Shown here one piece after another: positions 39,508 through 54,139 of a DNA stretch of 64,000 bases. This stretch comes from Octopus sinensis (lineage: Eukaryota): contig NC_043014.1 of assembly GCF_006345805.1 (NCBI RefSeq), positions 35,340,001 through 35,404,000 on the forward strand, given 5' to 3'. The notes below the pieces were generated by a model that had not been told where the DNA came from, did not search any database, and saw only the letters and a list, made by a program, of their open reading frames with translations. The first letter of the stretch is position 1. Every line of letters begins with the position of its first letter. The position numbers and the translations under genes were made by a program.

Positions 39508-40660
39508 CAGGGTGCGATGGGTAAATTGTCGCCATTTTATATTTTTAATTTCGCGCATGCACATTGTTTGTTTTTGATTTTGTCAACTACACAGTATAGT
39601 AGGGTCAGTTGGGCACGGTTTGTGAGAAAAACAGCACCATGATGCAATTCACTCTGCCAGAAAGTTGGAAATGACATGCTGTACTGCTTGGCATTCGCGT
39701 CGGAAGCTCCAATACGAACATTTCAGAGTGTTTGGGTGTCAATCTGAGGAGAGTGCAGAGGATTCCGAAAGAGTTGGATAAGTCTAATGGTGATTACGAA
39801 GGTATGGCAGCTCGGAAAACTCACTCTGATCGTTCTGATAAGAAAAGAACTCCTAAATTTGTTGGTGCGATTCAGGCTATGATTGACAACGATCCCTCCA
39901 AGTCAATCAGGTCCATCACTAGGGATATGGGAATGTCTGAGTTTCTTATCAGGCAGGTAGTGCATGAAAACACTCGTTATTCCTCATACAAGATGAGAAA
40001 GGGCCAATTTTTATCCCAAGAAAAAAAACCAAGCTACGAAGCTTTCGAACAAACCCAAGCATCCATTCCAACCGAACATGCTTTGGTTTTCCTCAGACAA
40101 GAAAAATTTCTCCTAGGATCAGATGATGAGCCCACAGAACAACCGTTGGCTTGCCGTGTCCCCAAAACATGTAACGAGAGTGATAAAAATCAAACATCCA
40201 GTCAACATCACGGTGTTTGGAGTGATCATTAGTGATGGCGACGATATGCTTCCATTCAACAGGACTCTACACCATGCCACACAAGCAGGAGAACCTAGTC
40301 ATGGCTGTCAAACAATTTCTGTGACCATATCACCCCTAACATCTGGCCACCTAACTCCCCAGACTACAAACCCCTTGATTATTATGTATGGGTGCAGTAG
40401 AGCAAGAGACCAACAAAACTCCTTATAACACCAAAGAAGAACTGAAGGCAAGGATTAAGACCATCCAGAAGAGTTGCAGGAGATTCCGAAGTTGTCAGGA
40501 GGCCGTGGTTAAAGTCAATGGCGATTTTATTGAATAAATTTACTCGTTAATATTTCAAAATATTTTAATGTAATTTTGGTAAATATATCTGTTAAAATGA
40601 GATGTCAGTGTTGTTTTCATTTTTGCGAAATTTAGACGACAATTTATTCACCGTACCCTG
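39508..40660 (+). mobile_element. Tc1/mariner element of maT (DD37D)-like type, both ends present, internally deleted and frameshifted
   Basis: TA-CAGGGTGCGATGGGTAAATTGTCG ... CGACAATTTATTCACCGTACCCTG-TA. Translation includes IDNDPSKSIRSI.RDM, KHPVNITVFGVI.SDG and WPPNSPDYKPLDYYVW. Confidence 0.85.
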
Positions 40661-40788
40661 TAGATGTATGTATACATTCGTTATTAGCGACATACTATTC
40701 TGAACTACTGTTATTAGTTCTGAACAGTATATCCACTTTAAGTAAGATATAAGAACGCTACACACACACACACACACACACACGCACG

Positions 40789-40863
<75 letters not shown>

Positions 40864-41362
40864 GCACGCACACATACGAAGCAAACAGTAAAAGAAAAGC
40901 GAAGAAAACATTTTCCAAAAGTAACACACAGTAAAAGCCGGTTGCTTCCGGTGATGGTACTTACGTAAACTGAAAAAGCAAAAGAGAAATAAGTAACATT
41001 TAAAAATGCAATTACAACATAAATCAAAACGTCCTTGTATGTGTACGCGTGTCTGTGTATGAGTATACACACACACACGCGCGCGCACACACACACACAT
41101 AAACTTGTACCACATTAAAATCCATGCCATGTTTTCACAGAATATTTTAGCAGATATCTATGATCTGTCGGTTACTGAATATCTAGAATCATCAAAACTC
41201 GCCAAAATGGCTTAGCTGTGTGCTATATAATAACCGAAATCGATGTACCATCGTAGAAATTCGTGAGAGCGCGTGGCATGAATTTAAGGTTATATGCATA
41301 TATATATATACCGGAGGAAACACATAAATGTGTACTCAAATACCAGGGGTAGAGTAATATGG

Positions 41363-41423
41363 TTTATTTAAAAGCAGCAGAAATTCAACAGGTCTTGTTG
41401 AATTTCTTCTGCTTTTAAATAAA
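41363..41423. repeat. Hairpin with 28-bp arms and 5-nt loop next to (TA)n
   Basis: tttatttaaaagcagcagaaattcaaca-ggtct-tgttgaatttcttctgcttttaaataaa, 1 mismatch. Confidence 0.9.
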
Positions 41424-41477
<54 letters not shown>

Positions 41478-42573
41478 ATATATATATCTTGATAATAGAA
41501 TTTATTTTGAAGTGTAATGTTAAAGAGAAAATAAAAATAAAATACAGAAAAATAAAACAGGAAAATGAGAAATAAAACAGAAAAATAGGAAAGTATATAT
41601 AGAAAAATATTTCATCACACTAAGAAAACGAAGAGAACAGAGTCAAGGCAAAATAGCAACGTCAGATATCAGCAGGGTAAGAAACAGGAATGAAAGTAAA
41701 AACGAAAATATAACAGAAATGTAAATGATAATTATAATAATAAACGTAGTTCTAATGCTATTTAATAAGCGCTTTTACGAGGTAAGCAGACGGAATAAGA
41801 TTTTATAGAACTACAATAGGAAAGGAAAAGAAAATCTAAAAATAAAGGCAAGGTAGAAATGTAGGGAAAAAAAAAAAAACAAGTAAAGGGTATTCATGCA
41901 CAAAATAAAGAGTCGGTAACTACTTATCAGATTGACAGACCGTGAATATAATGGTAATAGGGATGTTAGAACGGAGATGGCCGCTGCTCTTGTTTGTAGT
42001 AGTAGTTCACCAGTACCTACAGTGCAACAACAGCAGTGACGATGGAGGCTGTGTTACAGTTGGAAGTAGTGGCATGTATGGCTGGTTGCATTGATAGTGA
42101 AAGTAATGGTAGTTTGCGGTGGTAGTTTCAGAAGTGGTAGTAATAATAGTGGTGGTGATAATGCATGTTGTTGTTCAATCCCGCCTCCCTCAGGTCAATG
42201 CTGATCGAGCAAATCAGACAATCCGATCCCAACATGACAATCCGTTTTGATTTCCATGCACATTGTCCCATTGATTACATCTTTAAAACGGTAGGACGTA
42301 GTCTGAGGAAGATTTGGTTGCTATTTCTTGCAGATCGAGCAGTCATTCACAAGTACGTCGTCGGTGATGCTACAGTATGACGGCATTAGTGATGCTGATA
42401 GTGGTAAGGGTGGAAATTGTGAGAATGATGGAAGTAGTATTGGTGTTAATAATGGTGTATTTACGAAGGGAATTATTATGGTGTTGACAGTGGTGGCGGT
42501 AGGTTTGGTGTTTTTGGTGGTGTTAATGGTAGTTGTAATTGTAGTCACAGTAGTGGAGGTAGTGGTAGTAGTG

Positions 42574-42618
<45 letters not shown>

Positions 42619-43339
42619 TGGTGGTGGTGGTGGTGTTGAGGATGACAAACCTATGACTACATGAGGTTATCAGGTCACAACAACTGGTGTTATAACAAGA
42701 CGGGAGGAGTCACCGAGGATTTGGTACTTAAAACTGGAGCAAGAAGGTGCCGTATCTGAAAACAAGGTTGCACCGTACAAGTGCAATACAATCCATTTAC
42801 GACAGAAAGGTGAACAAAAAAATGTGTAATTAAGTTGCTACCTTCCACTTTCATTACCGGTGTTTATTTCCAATATGTCCCCGGTAAAATAAAGGATAAG
42901 AAAAACTGAAAAATAGGCATTCATGTAAAACTTTAAAAATCACACTCGTGAATAGTCAAAATTGGTATGTCAGCTGCAAGGAAGCCGGTGCGGATTTATG
43001 GCTATGAAGTCCGCCTCGCAACCACGTGCTTCTGAATTCGTAACCGTAGCGCGGTACCTTGGACAAGTATCTTATACAAGAGTTGGGTTGACCAGTGCTA
43101 GCTTGTGAGTAGAATATTATTGATGGAAGTGGGGCGAAAACATGTTGAATATACACATACGTACGTTCATACATGCATACATAAATATACATACAAACGC
43201 ACATACATCCACATCCGTTACATACACATATCTATCATATGCATGTACATATCTTTCGCCGACGTCTATCGGTAAGGTCGAAAACGTTGTTGAGTAAACC
43301 AAAAAACCGGTGCATTTCAAACGATGTCACGACACTGAC

Positions 43340-43632
43340 CATGGGCTTGCACCTAGAAAGTTACCCTCCTAGTCACAAGTCTGGGCAAGGTGGTTTATGG
43401 AAGACCAGCAGTTGCCCATGCATACCGACCTCCCCTCTCCACGCCACCGGTGTTATCCGAGGGAAAAGCAACAGCTGATACAGCTTGGCACCCGTGACGT
43501 CGCAACTCATTTCTACAGCTGAGTTAACTGGAGCAACGCGAAATAAAGTGTCTTGCTCATGAACACAACACGCAGCCCGGTCCGGGATTCGAGATCACAA
43601 CCTCATGATCGTAAGCTCGATGCTCTAACCAC
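43340..43632 (-). mobile_element. tRNA-derived SINE, fourth family
   Basis: Minus head gaaggcgcattgcttagtggttagagc...tctcgaatcccggaccgg. The aaataaagtgtcttgctca motif recurs at ~63930. Confidence 0.7.
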
Positions 43633-44204
43633 TAAGCAATGCGCCTTCACTTATTAATGCACTATTTGCAATATTAAAGCAATATTTGCATTGCTCCGAG
43701 TTACAGAGAATCCCTTGCCATTATCGAGGACATAAATGCAGTTGAGTATCAAATCCACCATTGGAAATATGTAACAAAGTACGCTTATATTTACTAACTA
43801 TGATATATAAAATACGAATTCGTTTATGTACAGAATAAATGATCTGACAATGATTGAAGACCAAACTTCTAGTATCACAGTATAGACGTAAATATTCAGT
43901 TCTAAGCAAACACAACTTGAGCGGGTCTGGATACAATTCATCATATTGACTCTAATACTTCGTATAACAATCATAATAATCCTTTCTACTGTAGGCACAA
44001 GGCCTGAAATTTTTGGGGAGGGGACCAGTCGATTTGATCGACTCCAGTACGCAACTGGTACTTATATTATCGACTCCGACAGGATAAAAGGCTAAGTCGA
44101 CCTCGGTGGAATTTGAATTCAGAACGTAAAGACGGATGAAATGCTACTAAGCATTTCGTCCGACAAGCTAACGATTCTGACTGCTCGCTTACTTACTTAC
44201 TTAC

Positions 44205-44276
<72 letters not shown>

Positions 44277-44293
44277 TAATAATAATAATAATG

Positions 44294-44353
<60 letters not shown>

Positions 44354-44596
44354 GTAATAATGGTTTCAAATTTTGCCACAAGAGCAAGCGTTTTCTTTTT
44401 TTTTGGTGTATGTATGTGTGTGTGTGGGGTGTCTTTTTTTGAAGGGAATGTGACGATTACATCAACTCCAGTTTTCAGCAGGTACTTAATGTATCGACCC
44501 CTAAAGGATAAAAGGCAAATAATGCGCCTGTGTATTAATAGACGGTATATTTTCATTTTATCATACTTAAAATAAAAAAAGTTATTATTATTATTA

Positions 44597-44634
<38 letters not shown>

Positions 44635-44897
44635 CTATATATGTATATATATATATATGATAGATAGATAGATACATACATACATACCTCTATCACTATG
44701 AACAAAAACTGACAAAATTGAAATGTAGTAACTCCAGAGTTTAGAACTTTAAATTTATGATTAATTTACATCTGTCTGTCTGACTGTCTCTCTTTCTCTC
44801 TCTCTCTCTATCTATCTATCTATTTATATACACTGAATTTTTGCATTTTGAAAATAATCGACTCCTCAAAATAACCTCAATGACACAACAGTGTTGG

Positions 44898-44943
<46 letters not shown>

Positions 44944-45109
44944 AGAAAAAAATCTATCAGAAAGGAACTCTATCTCTCTTAAAAAGATATCTTTTGATAA
45001 GCATAACAAATGCGCACCGGTAAAAAGAACTTTCACCTAATTAATACACTCTCCCTTACTTAAATTATTTTGTCAGCATCTTCTTCATTTCCTATATATA
45101 TATATATTA

Positions 45110-45162
<53 letters not shown>

Positions 45163-45492
45163 TATAATATATATATATATTTTTAAGCATATAATAACGC
45201 GCGCATTGATACTTAACCGTAAGAATAACTTTAGCTGAACAGCATTCTCATACCAATGATACCAGAGACCTATCTACTCGGTTTTTGCACCTGTTCAGCC
45301 GCATATCCATAACATTACGCTGTCCTATATAAGCGCATAAATAAAATTTGATCTGTATGATCTCAATGTAATTCTTTACATCATTGGTGGGAAACGATAA
45401 CTACTTCAATCTAGCCTTAATCACCTGACTTCATAAATGTTCTCTTCGCTCATATATGTATATATGATATATGAATACAACAGAAATGTATA

Positions 45493-45540
<48 letters not shown>

Positions 45541-46326
45541 CAACTGTATTTCAGGGTTTAATACTTTATCAACATTAGAAACCACAATACTAACTCCTCA
45601 TTGTCACTTCTTTTGTCATGTCTCCGAATCCACATTTGATTATCAAATCTCGTTCATCTTCCGTCGGTTTATAGACCAATCGTTCCTTACGAGTGTTACT
45701 GCAGTCCCTGTATGACGACAACAAACGCATGTGGGTAAGTAGCTGGCGTAGAGAAAATTGCTTTGACAGAATGAGGGGATACGTTAAAAAAAAAAAAAAT
45801 ATCTTAATAATGATAATGTGTTTAAAAAAAAAAAAGCAATATGGTGGTCAAGAAAAGCTGCGCAATTTGTCGTGTAGACATTTATGTATGTTAATTGTTT
45901 TGTTTGTTTGTTTTTCTATTGCTTCTATCTCAATTGTGTATTTGTAGACCATCAGTGAAATATTAATCGCATTGTTTTGTTGCAGGCTACACCAGCAGCA
46001 GCAGCAACAATAGTATTTCTAGTAGTAGTAGTAGTAGTAGTAGTAATAGTAGTAGTAGTAAATTGTAGTGATGATGATGATGGTGATGATGATGATGATG
46101 GTGGTGTTGTTGATGACGGCGATGATGATAATGATGATGATGATGGTGGTGGTGGTGATGATGATGATGATGATGAGGATGATGTTGACGATGATGATTA
46201 TGATGTTTCTCTTTTAATGATTACTTTGCCTGCAACCATGATTTGCTGGAGTCATGATTTTTGCGGCCATCATTAGAATGGTGAGATAGAGCCAGGTAAT
46301 GTTCAGTTTAAACAATGGTAGGTTAA

Positions 46327-46375
<49 letters not shown>

Positions 46376-47021
46376 AAAAGGATGTGATGAGGATGGATTC
46401 TTGTTGATGAGCGTTTCTCAACCATTTTGTCCAACGTCCCACTTCGATTTAAAAAAGAATAGCATTAGAGAAAAAAAACAAACATTCGTCCTATCATGAA
46501 CGGACAAAGATCTTATATAGTATATTATAAATTCAAAAGAAGTTTTGATTAAAACTTTATTGAAATTAGAAAACGCATATTAGTCATTCAAAAAACATGC
46601 AAAATCTTTGAAAATGAGTGCAGGTACATCTACGTGGTTAAGAAACCCTATTAACATTTAAATCATTTTTTGTAGTTGCTACTTTTTTTCTTCGTGTTCG
46701 TTCACACTGTGACACGTTATGCCTTCAACCCTAGCCTTGAGTCGACTTATGTGTTGTGAAGATTTTAGATGGAAGCTGCTCAAAGACCATATCATCAGAG
46801 AACTTTGGTACATTAATGTACTACTGTGTTTAAACTACAATAAATTCCTTATTTGCTTTTAACAGACATCAGCCAGTTGCAAACAGTATGTTTGAGGTTA
46901 GCTTCCTCCGTTTTTGACATCAAACGCAGAGCGCCTGAAAACGGTTATGGACAACGTTCCATCTTGCTAAGTTATTAAAAAAAAAACGAAGATGCAATTC
47001 AAGACTATTTCCTTGATAGGG

Positions 47022-47406
47022 GAAGCACTCCGTCGGTTACGACGATGAGGGTTCCGGTTGATCCGAATCAACGGAACAGCCTGCTCGTGAAATTAACGTG
47101 TAAGTGGCTGAGCACTCCACAGACACGTGCACCCTTAACGTAGTTCTCGGGGATATTCAGCGTGACACAGAGAGTGATAAGGCCGGCCCCTTGAAATACA
47201 GGTAACAACAGAACAGGAAGTAAGAGTGAGAGAAAGTTGTGGTGAAAGAGTACAGCAGGGATCACCACCATCCCCTGCCGGAGCCTCGTGGAGCTTTAAG
47301 GTGTTTTCGCTCAATAAACACTCACAACGCCCGGTCTGGGAATCGAAACCGCGATCTCATGACCGCGAGTCCGCTGCCTTAACCACTGGGCCATTGCGCC
47401 TCCACA
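47022..47406 (-). mobile_element. SINE family C
   Basis: Colinear with 17326-17712. Confidence 0.9.
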
Positions 47407-47952
47407 TTTCCTTGATATATGTGTAGTGGCCATGACTTAGTATTGTTGACGGAGATCACTTTATCGTATAACTGTGGTGGGATAGCTCGAGATCTGTTTT
47501 CATGGAAATAATACATACTCGCCATACAGTGTTCAAAGTTGCGTGTGGTTGGTATCTCGGGTCTGAGCCTAGTACCTCGGTTGGGTGAGGGGACTAATAT
47601 CTCGGTGAAGGGTTTTAAGAAGAAATGGCGTAAAGGAATGGCACGATATAAGTAGGAAATATTGGTTATGCAGTATATAGTGATTATGCAGATGGCAATT
47701 TTGATGACAATGGTGGCGATGATGGAAATGACGGTGATAATAATATGATGATAATGAGGATGATGACTATGATGGTGACGATCCCGCTGACCTGCCTTTG
47801 TTGTGATTGATGTCAATTATTATTGTGATTATGTGAGTGAGCACGCGTGCGTGTATATAGACATATTACATATATATATATATATGCATGTATATGTATA
47901 TATATATATTACATGTATATACATATACATATATATATTGATATATATATAT

Positions 47953-48013
<61 letters not shown>

Positions 48014-48553
48014 ATTATATATATAGACATATATTATATCATATATATATATATGTATGTGTTTGCATGTATATTATATTATACATGGAACGAAAAACTT
48101 ATAAAATGTTAGACACATTGTTGATGTTACTATTTCTATACGCTACTGGTACTGCTGCTGCTGCTGCTGGTGTTGCTGTGATCATTGTGGTTGCTGTATC
48201 TGTTGTTTTGGTGATGGTGGTGGAAGTACTGGTTTTGTTGGTGCAGGTAGTCGTGGTGTTGCAAAATGATTCTGCTCGTTATTTCAAAGACAGAATTGAT
48301 GACATAATTCTCGAGTTCACTTGAATACATCTTTTCTCTCTTCTCCAACCACCCAACCTTTCACTCTCTCACCATCTCCAACTACACTATTACAATGTCG
48401 ACATGTTTCTTTCTGTCTCCAGCCAATGTCTGGTTACCAACTTCCCTCCTTCTTCTCCCCAATCCATGACTCACGTTTCCTCTCTTACCTCTTTCACACC
48501 CTCTCTTTTTTCTCCAATTCTATAACTGTGGAATTCATTACCCTCCTATTCCA

Positions 48554-48641
<88 letters not shown>

Positions 48642-48678
48642 CATCCATCCATCCATCCATCCATCCATCCATCCATCC

Positions 48679-48741
<63 letters not shown>

Positions 48742-48760
48742 ATCTATGTATGTATGTATG

Positions 48761-48794
<34 letters not shown>

Positions 48795-49023
48795 TGTATG
48801 TATGTATGTATGTATGTATGTATGTATCTATCTATCTATCTATCTATCTTTTTCGGGGGAACTTTATATATTTCTTTTTTTTTATACACCACATAACCCA
48901 AAGATCCCTATTGATCGAACTTTTTCTCTGTGTGTCCCACCCATCCCACTTCGAAAAGAAAAACTCTACACTGTATTTCGTCTATTTTCTGTGTTTAGCC
49001 CTGTGTGGCCATAATAAAAAAGA

Positions 49024-49070
<47 letters not shown>

Positions 49071-49265
49071 ATTCTATCCATCCCCATCCATCCATCATCC
49101 ATCCATCCATCCATCCATCATCTATCTATCTATCTATCTATAATCTATCTATCTATCTATCTATCTATCTATATCTATCTTTCTCGCCTCTTTCTTTCTT
49201 TCTTTTCTTCCTTTTCTTTTCTTTCTTTCGTTTTCTCTTCTCTCTCTCTCTCTCTCTCTCTCTCG

Positions 49266-49315
<50 letters not shown>

Positions 49316-50253
49316 CACGCCTAATCTCGCTCATCGCCAATCTTTCTTTCTTTCTTTATTCTTTTCTTTCTTCTCTTTCTCTCTCTCCCTCTCTCCTCTT
49401 CTCTTCATCTATTCTCCCTCTATCTATCTATCATCTATCTATCTACCTATCTATCTATCTAGCTAACTGTCCGTCCGTCCGTCCGTCTATCTGTCACATA
49501 CATACACATACACAAATATATAACTACACATACACACATATAAATACGTATTTATATTCAAATATAAACACAGATAACAACATAAGTGTATTATTTCTAT
49601 AAATGTGTGTGTATGTAGCCATTCTATGATGCATCTACACATGAATTCATCCGTATCATTAAAAGAAGCCATTTATCCCACCCATCCCATCCTATCCACA
49701 TGATATTTCCTCATTCTGTTCCTCTCCATTCATACGTTTCCTTATGCCCCCTCCTCCGTTCACATTACGCAAATAAAGCAATGCTAATAAAAGAAGGTGT
49801 CTGTTTGTATCTATGCGTGCGTCACAGTGCACACGTGTGACTGCACTCATGTGTCAATGTGCCTTCCTATGTACGTCTGTGTCTGTGTGAATGCATATAT
49901 ATGAGTGCATGTGTGTGTGAGTGTGCGCCTGTATATATGTGTGAGCATGTGTGAGCGTGTGTGTGTGTGTGTGATTTTTGTGGGTTTTTGTTCGTTGTGT
50001 GCGTGTGTGCTACTCACTCAGTAGAGAAATCCATGTTAGCTGTGATATAAGAGGCATCTATACTCGCGAACTCATTGTGATCTGGAGTTTTCTTAAACCA
50101 TCCCATAGTCTCAGGGGGGTTGCCAGCATGTCCAATACACGTGATGTCTACATTGAAACAATTTGTCGCCTTGTTTTGTGTCAATTCTACACCGTTTTTC
50201 GGGACTGAAGAAAACAAATTTCCGTTTAGAAAACTTATATATATATATATGTA

Positions 50254-50333
<80 letters not shown>

Positions 50334-50340
50334 AATATAG

Positions 50341-50417
<77 letters not shown>

Positions 50418-50779
50418 CACACACGCATACACACGCACAGACACACACCACATACACACACACATATATATATATATATATGCATATATATATATATATA
50501 TGAGCATTCATGGGAATATGGGAATAAAATAATTGTATTTGCGTTCGGAGGGACCATATGTGCGCATGTATGTATATATGTGTGAATGTGTGTGTGCCTG
50601 TGTGTGTATGTGTGTGTGTGTGTCTTTGTGTACACATGTGCAATGCAATTGTAGAAACATACCTACAACCTTACACTTTTCAATCTATGAGTTTTTTCCA
50701 GTTTTTAACAAGTTTAGTAGTTTTCTTATACCTTGTCTATGCTTTAGAACTCTGACACTGAACCTTACCGTCATATGAG

Positions 50780-50828
<49 letters not shown>

Positions 50829-51185
50829 TGGACTCTCCCGTCGAAGACGATGTATGAGCGTTCATCTTTTCCCGAACGATCTGCACAAATGAGTTGTTTA
50901 TAGTGATCAAATGTATGTACTGCACATTAGATCATTCCCTACATCTAATCAGCGTTGCTGAACCGGTGCACAAGTGTATCACAAGTCAGGTGTCCAAGTG
51001 ATAGCATAGCAACTTGACATGAAGTGTTTTGCTCAACAATACAATGAGCCACCCGGTCTAGCGGCTGAAACCATGTCCTCGCGGTCGTGAGTCCAACAAC
51101 CTAACCATTAAGCCATAGATCCTATTTATGTAAATACACATAGGAACAATCATTTTAAAATGGCAGATATAGGTAAATCTGCAAT

Positions 51186-51531
51186 TTTGATTAATTTCAT
51201 CAACTATGCAGTGGTAAAAGAGACTGGTTATTAGTTGTCATGACAGCTCCTGGCATGTTTAGGTCTTACTAGATCTAGTTGGTGCATAGATTAAGAGTTA
51301 GTGTGCAACTTAGAGTGAAAGTATGTAGGATTTTTGTGAATAGAAATCTCAGACTACCTGAGTAAAATAGCCAGAGATACCAGCTGCATAAAAACTTAAT
51401 AGTAGAATGAATATAATGATATTTGATGTACTAAGCTAAACTCAATAAGTAGGAAACCACTTTTAGTAGAAATAAATATTCGAGTTAGAATATTTTATGA
51501 GTGTGTACATACATATATTTATCTGTGTGTG

Positions 51532-51587
<56 letters not shown>

Positions 51588-51698
51588 GCTGTGAGGCATA
51601 GAGAAGGGGGGAAAGAAATATGAGATTGTGGGGTCCAAGCCTCTCTTCAAGATAATATTGAGCAGGTGAAGTGGAAGATGAGCTGTCAATGTGCTCAA

Positions 51699-51746
<48 letters not shown>

Positions 51747-52142
51747 TATATATATATATATATATATTATATATATTATTTTGTGTGTGTGTGTGGTGTT
51801 TGATTAATTTCATCAACTATGCAGTGGTAAAAGAGACTGGTTATTAGTTGTCATGACAGCTCCTGGCATGTTTAGGTCTTACTAGATCTAGTTGGTGCAT
51901 AGATTAAGAGTTTTGTGCAACTTAGAGTGAAATATGTAGGATTTTTGTGAATAGAAATCTCAGACTACCTGAGTAAAATAGCCAGAGATACCAGCTGCAT
52001 AAAAACTTAATAGTAGAATGAATATAATGATATTTGATGTACTAAGCTAAACTCAATAAGTAGGAAACCACTTTTAGTAGAAATAAATATTCGAGTTAGA
52101 ATATTTTATGAGTGTGTACATACATATATTTATCTGTGTGTG

Positions 52143-52176
<34 letters not shown>

Positions 52177-52306
52177 GTGTGTGTGTGTGTGTGAAGCTGT
52201 GAGGCATAGAGAAGGGGGGAAAGAAATATGAGATTGTGGGGTCCAAGCCTCTCTTCAAGATAATATTGGAGCAGGTGAAGTGGAAGATGAGCTGTCAATG
52301 TGCTCA

Positions 52307-52381
<75 letters not shown>

Positions 52382-52915
52382 TATATATATATTTGTGTGT
52401 GTGTGGTGTGTTGATTAATTTCATCAACTATGCAGTGGTAAAAGAGACTGGTTATTAGTTGTCATGACAGCTCCTGGCATGTTTAGGTCTTACTAGATCT
52501 AGTTGGTGCATAGATTAAGATTTGTGTGCAACTTAGAGTGAAAGTATGTAGGATTTTTGTGATATAAATCTCAGACTACCTGAGTAAAATAGCCAGAGAT
52601 ACCAGCTTAATAAAACTTAATAGTAAAAGAATATAATGATATTTGATGTACTAAGCTAAACTCAATAAGTAGGAAACCACTTTTAGTAGAAATAAATATT
52701 CGAGTTAGAATATTTTATGAGTGTGTACATACATATATTTATCTGTGTGTGAGCGTGTGTGGTGTGTGTGTTGTGTGTGTGTGTGTTGTGGTGTGTGTGG
52801 TGAAGCTGTGAGGCATAGAGAAGGGGGGAAAGAAATATGAGATTTGGGGTCCAAGCCTCTCTTCAAGATAATATTGGAGGCAGGTGAAGTGGAAGATGAG
52901 CTGTCAATGTGCTCA

Positions 52916-52946
<31 letters not shown>

Positions 52947-52980
52947 ATATATATATAATCTTGTTTGTGTGTGTGTGTGT
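51186..52980. repeat. Tandem triplication of a ~611-bp unit containing (TG)n and (TA)n
   Basis: ttgattaatttcatcaactatgcagtgg recurs at ~51187, ~51800 and ~52411. Copies differ by small indels and substitutions. Confidence 0.95.
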
Positions 52981-53688
52981 GCATATCAAAAGAATGAATG
53001 AAATGATATGAAATGATAGAATGCTTACTAACAGAGTGCAAGCAAAAAACATAACAAAGTAAAGAAAAACAGTACAGTAATTGAAGAGTGGGGGGAGAAA
53101 AACAAGCGTACTACATAGCAGACATACATAAGTTTGCATAGACTGAATGTGTACATACAGGAAAAAAAAAGGGATGCTAGATGTCAAATAGGTAGCGAGA
53201 TAATAAATATATTTATGCATATGGGTGTGTATGGTGTATGGTGTATATATATATATATATTATATAGTATATATATATTATATATATATATATATTGTTA
53301 TATTTCGAATGGTCATTTTGCCAGTTTAGCCTTTAAAAACACACGCACTATATATTTGGTGTTATTTTGCTTCAGCGTTATTTATTTTTTACATTAATCT
53401 TAATCTTATTTCGGCCAGAGTTCTTTCTTCACACTCCTGTGACCGCATCAGTGGTCCTTTGTTTTCTTCTTTCTTATTTGTGTCTCTCCTTACTAACCGT
53501 CAGCCATTTTGTATATATATGTATATAACCCATATGGTAGATTTGTGAACAGGCTTAATTTTACCTTTTTATCCAGTAAGTGAAAATTTGCATATCGTAA
53601 AATTTAACACTTAATCAAATATCAGGGGCCTGTCAACGGGGATCTCAGTCCACTCAGTATCAAGGTATGATATGTGTTTATGTGTATG

Positions 53689-53745
<57 letters not shown>

Positions 53746-54139
53746 TGCGTGTGTGTGTGTGTGTGTGATAAAGCTTCATCTTCAAACTTCTAAGTTGATT
53801 TGAAGAATGACACCTTCAGAAAGCATATTCAGATAAGGAAAACAGAAAGAAAATATTTGATTGGATGTACGTGTAAAAATAAATCAAATGAATAAATGAA
53901 GAGTTTTAATTGGATACTTATGCAAGTCAGTATACAAAGAATTTTCAAAAATTAAATAGATAAGTAACGACCCAATTCAAAGATATTAATTGCAAGCATT
54001 TTAAACCATTCATTAGTTTTCAATTACGCTCAAATGCTTCGAAATATTACAATATTAAGAATGTGATATGTCCCGCTTTATGACGACGTACCTTCGTCGT
54101 CTGCGTGACTCGCCCGTACGGCGTACTTCGCCGACTGAC

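Noticed and set aside
42328-42639. ORF with an apparent transmembrane Val-rich segment
   Set aside because: It grades into (GTA/GTG)n repeats, is antisense to gene M's intron and has no convincing splice sites.
45977-46276. Val-rich then Asp-rich ORF resembling a membrane protein
   Set aside because: Made of (GTA)n and (GAT)n triplet repeats.
51590-51700. Minus-strand SSSSTSPA...LIFLSPLLYASQL in the triplicated unit as alternative GPI exons
   Set aside because: The frame differs between copies, there is no clean stop after the hydrophobic part and the acceptors are weak.
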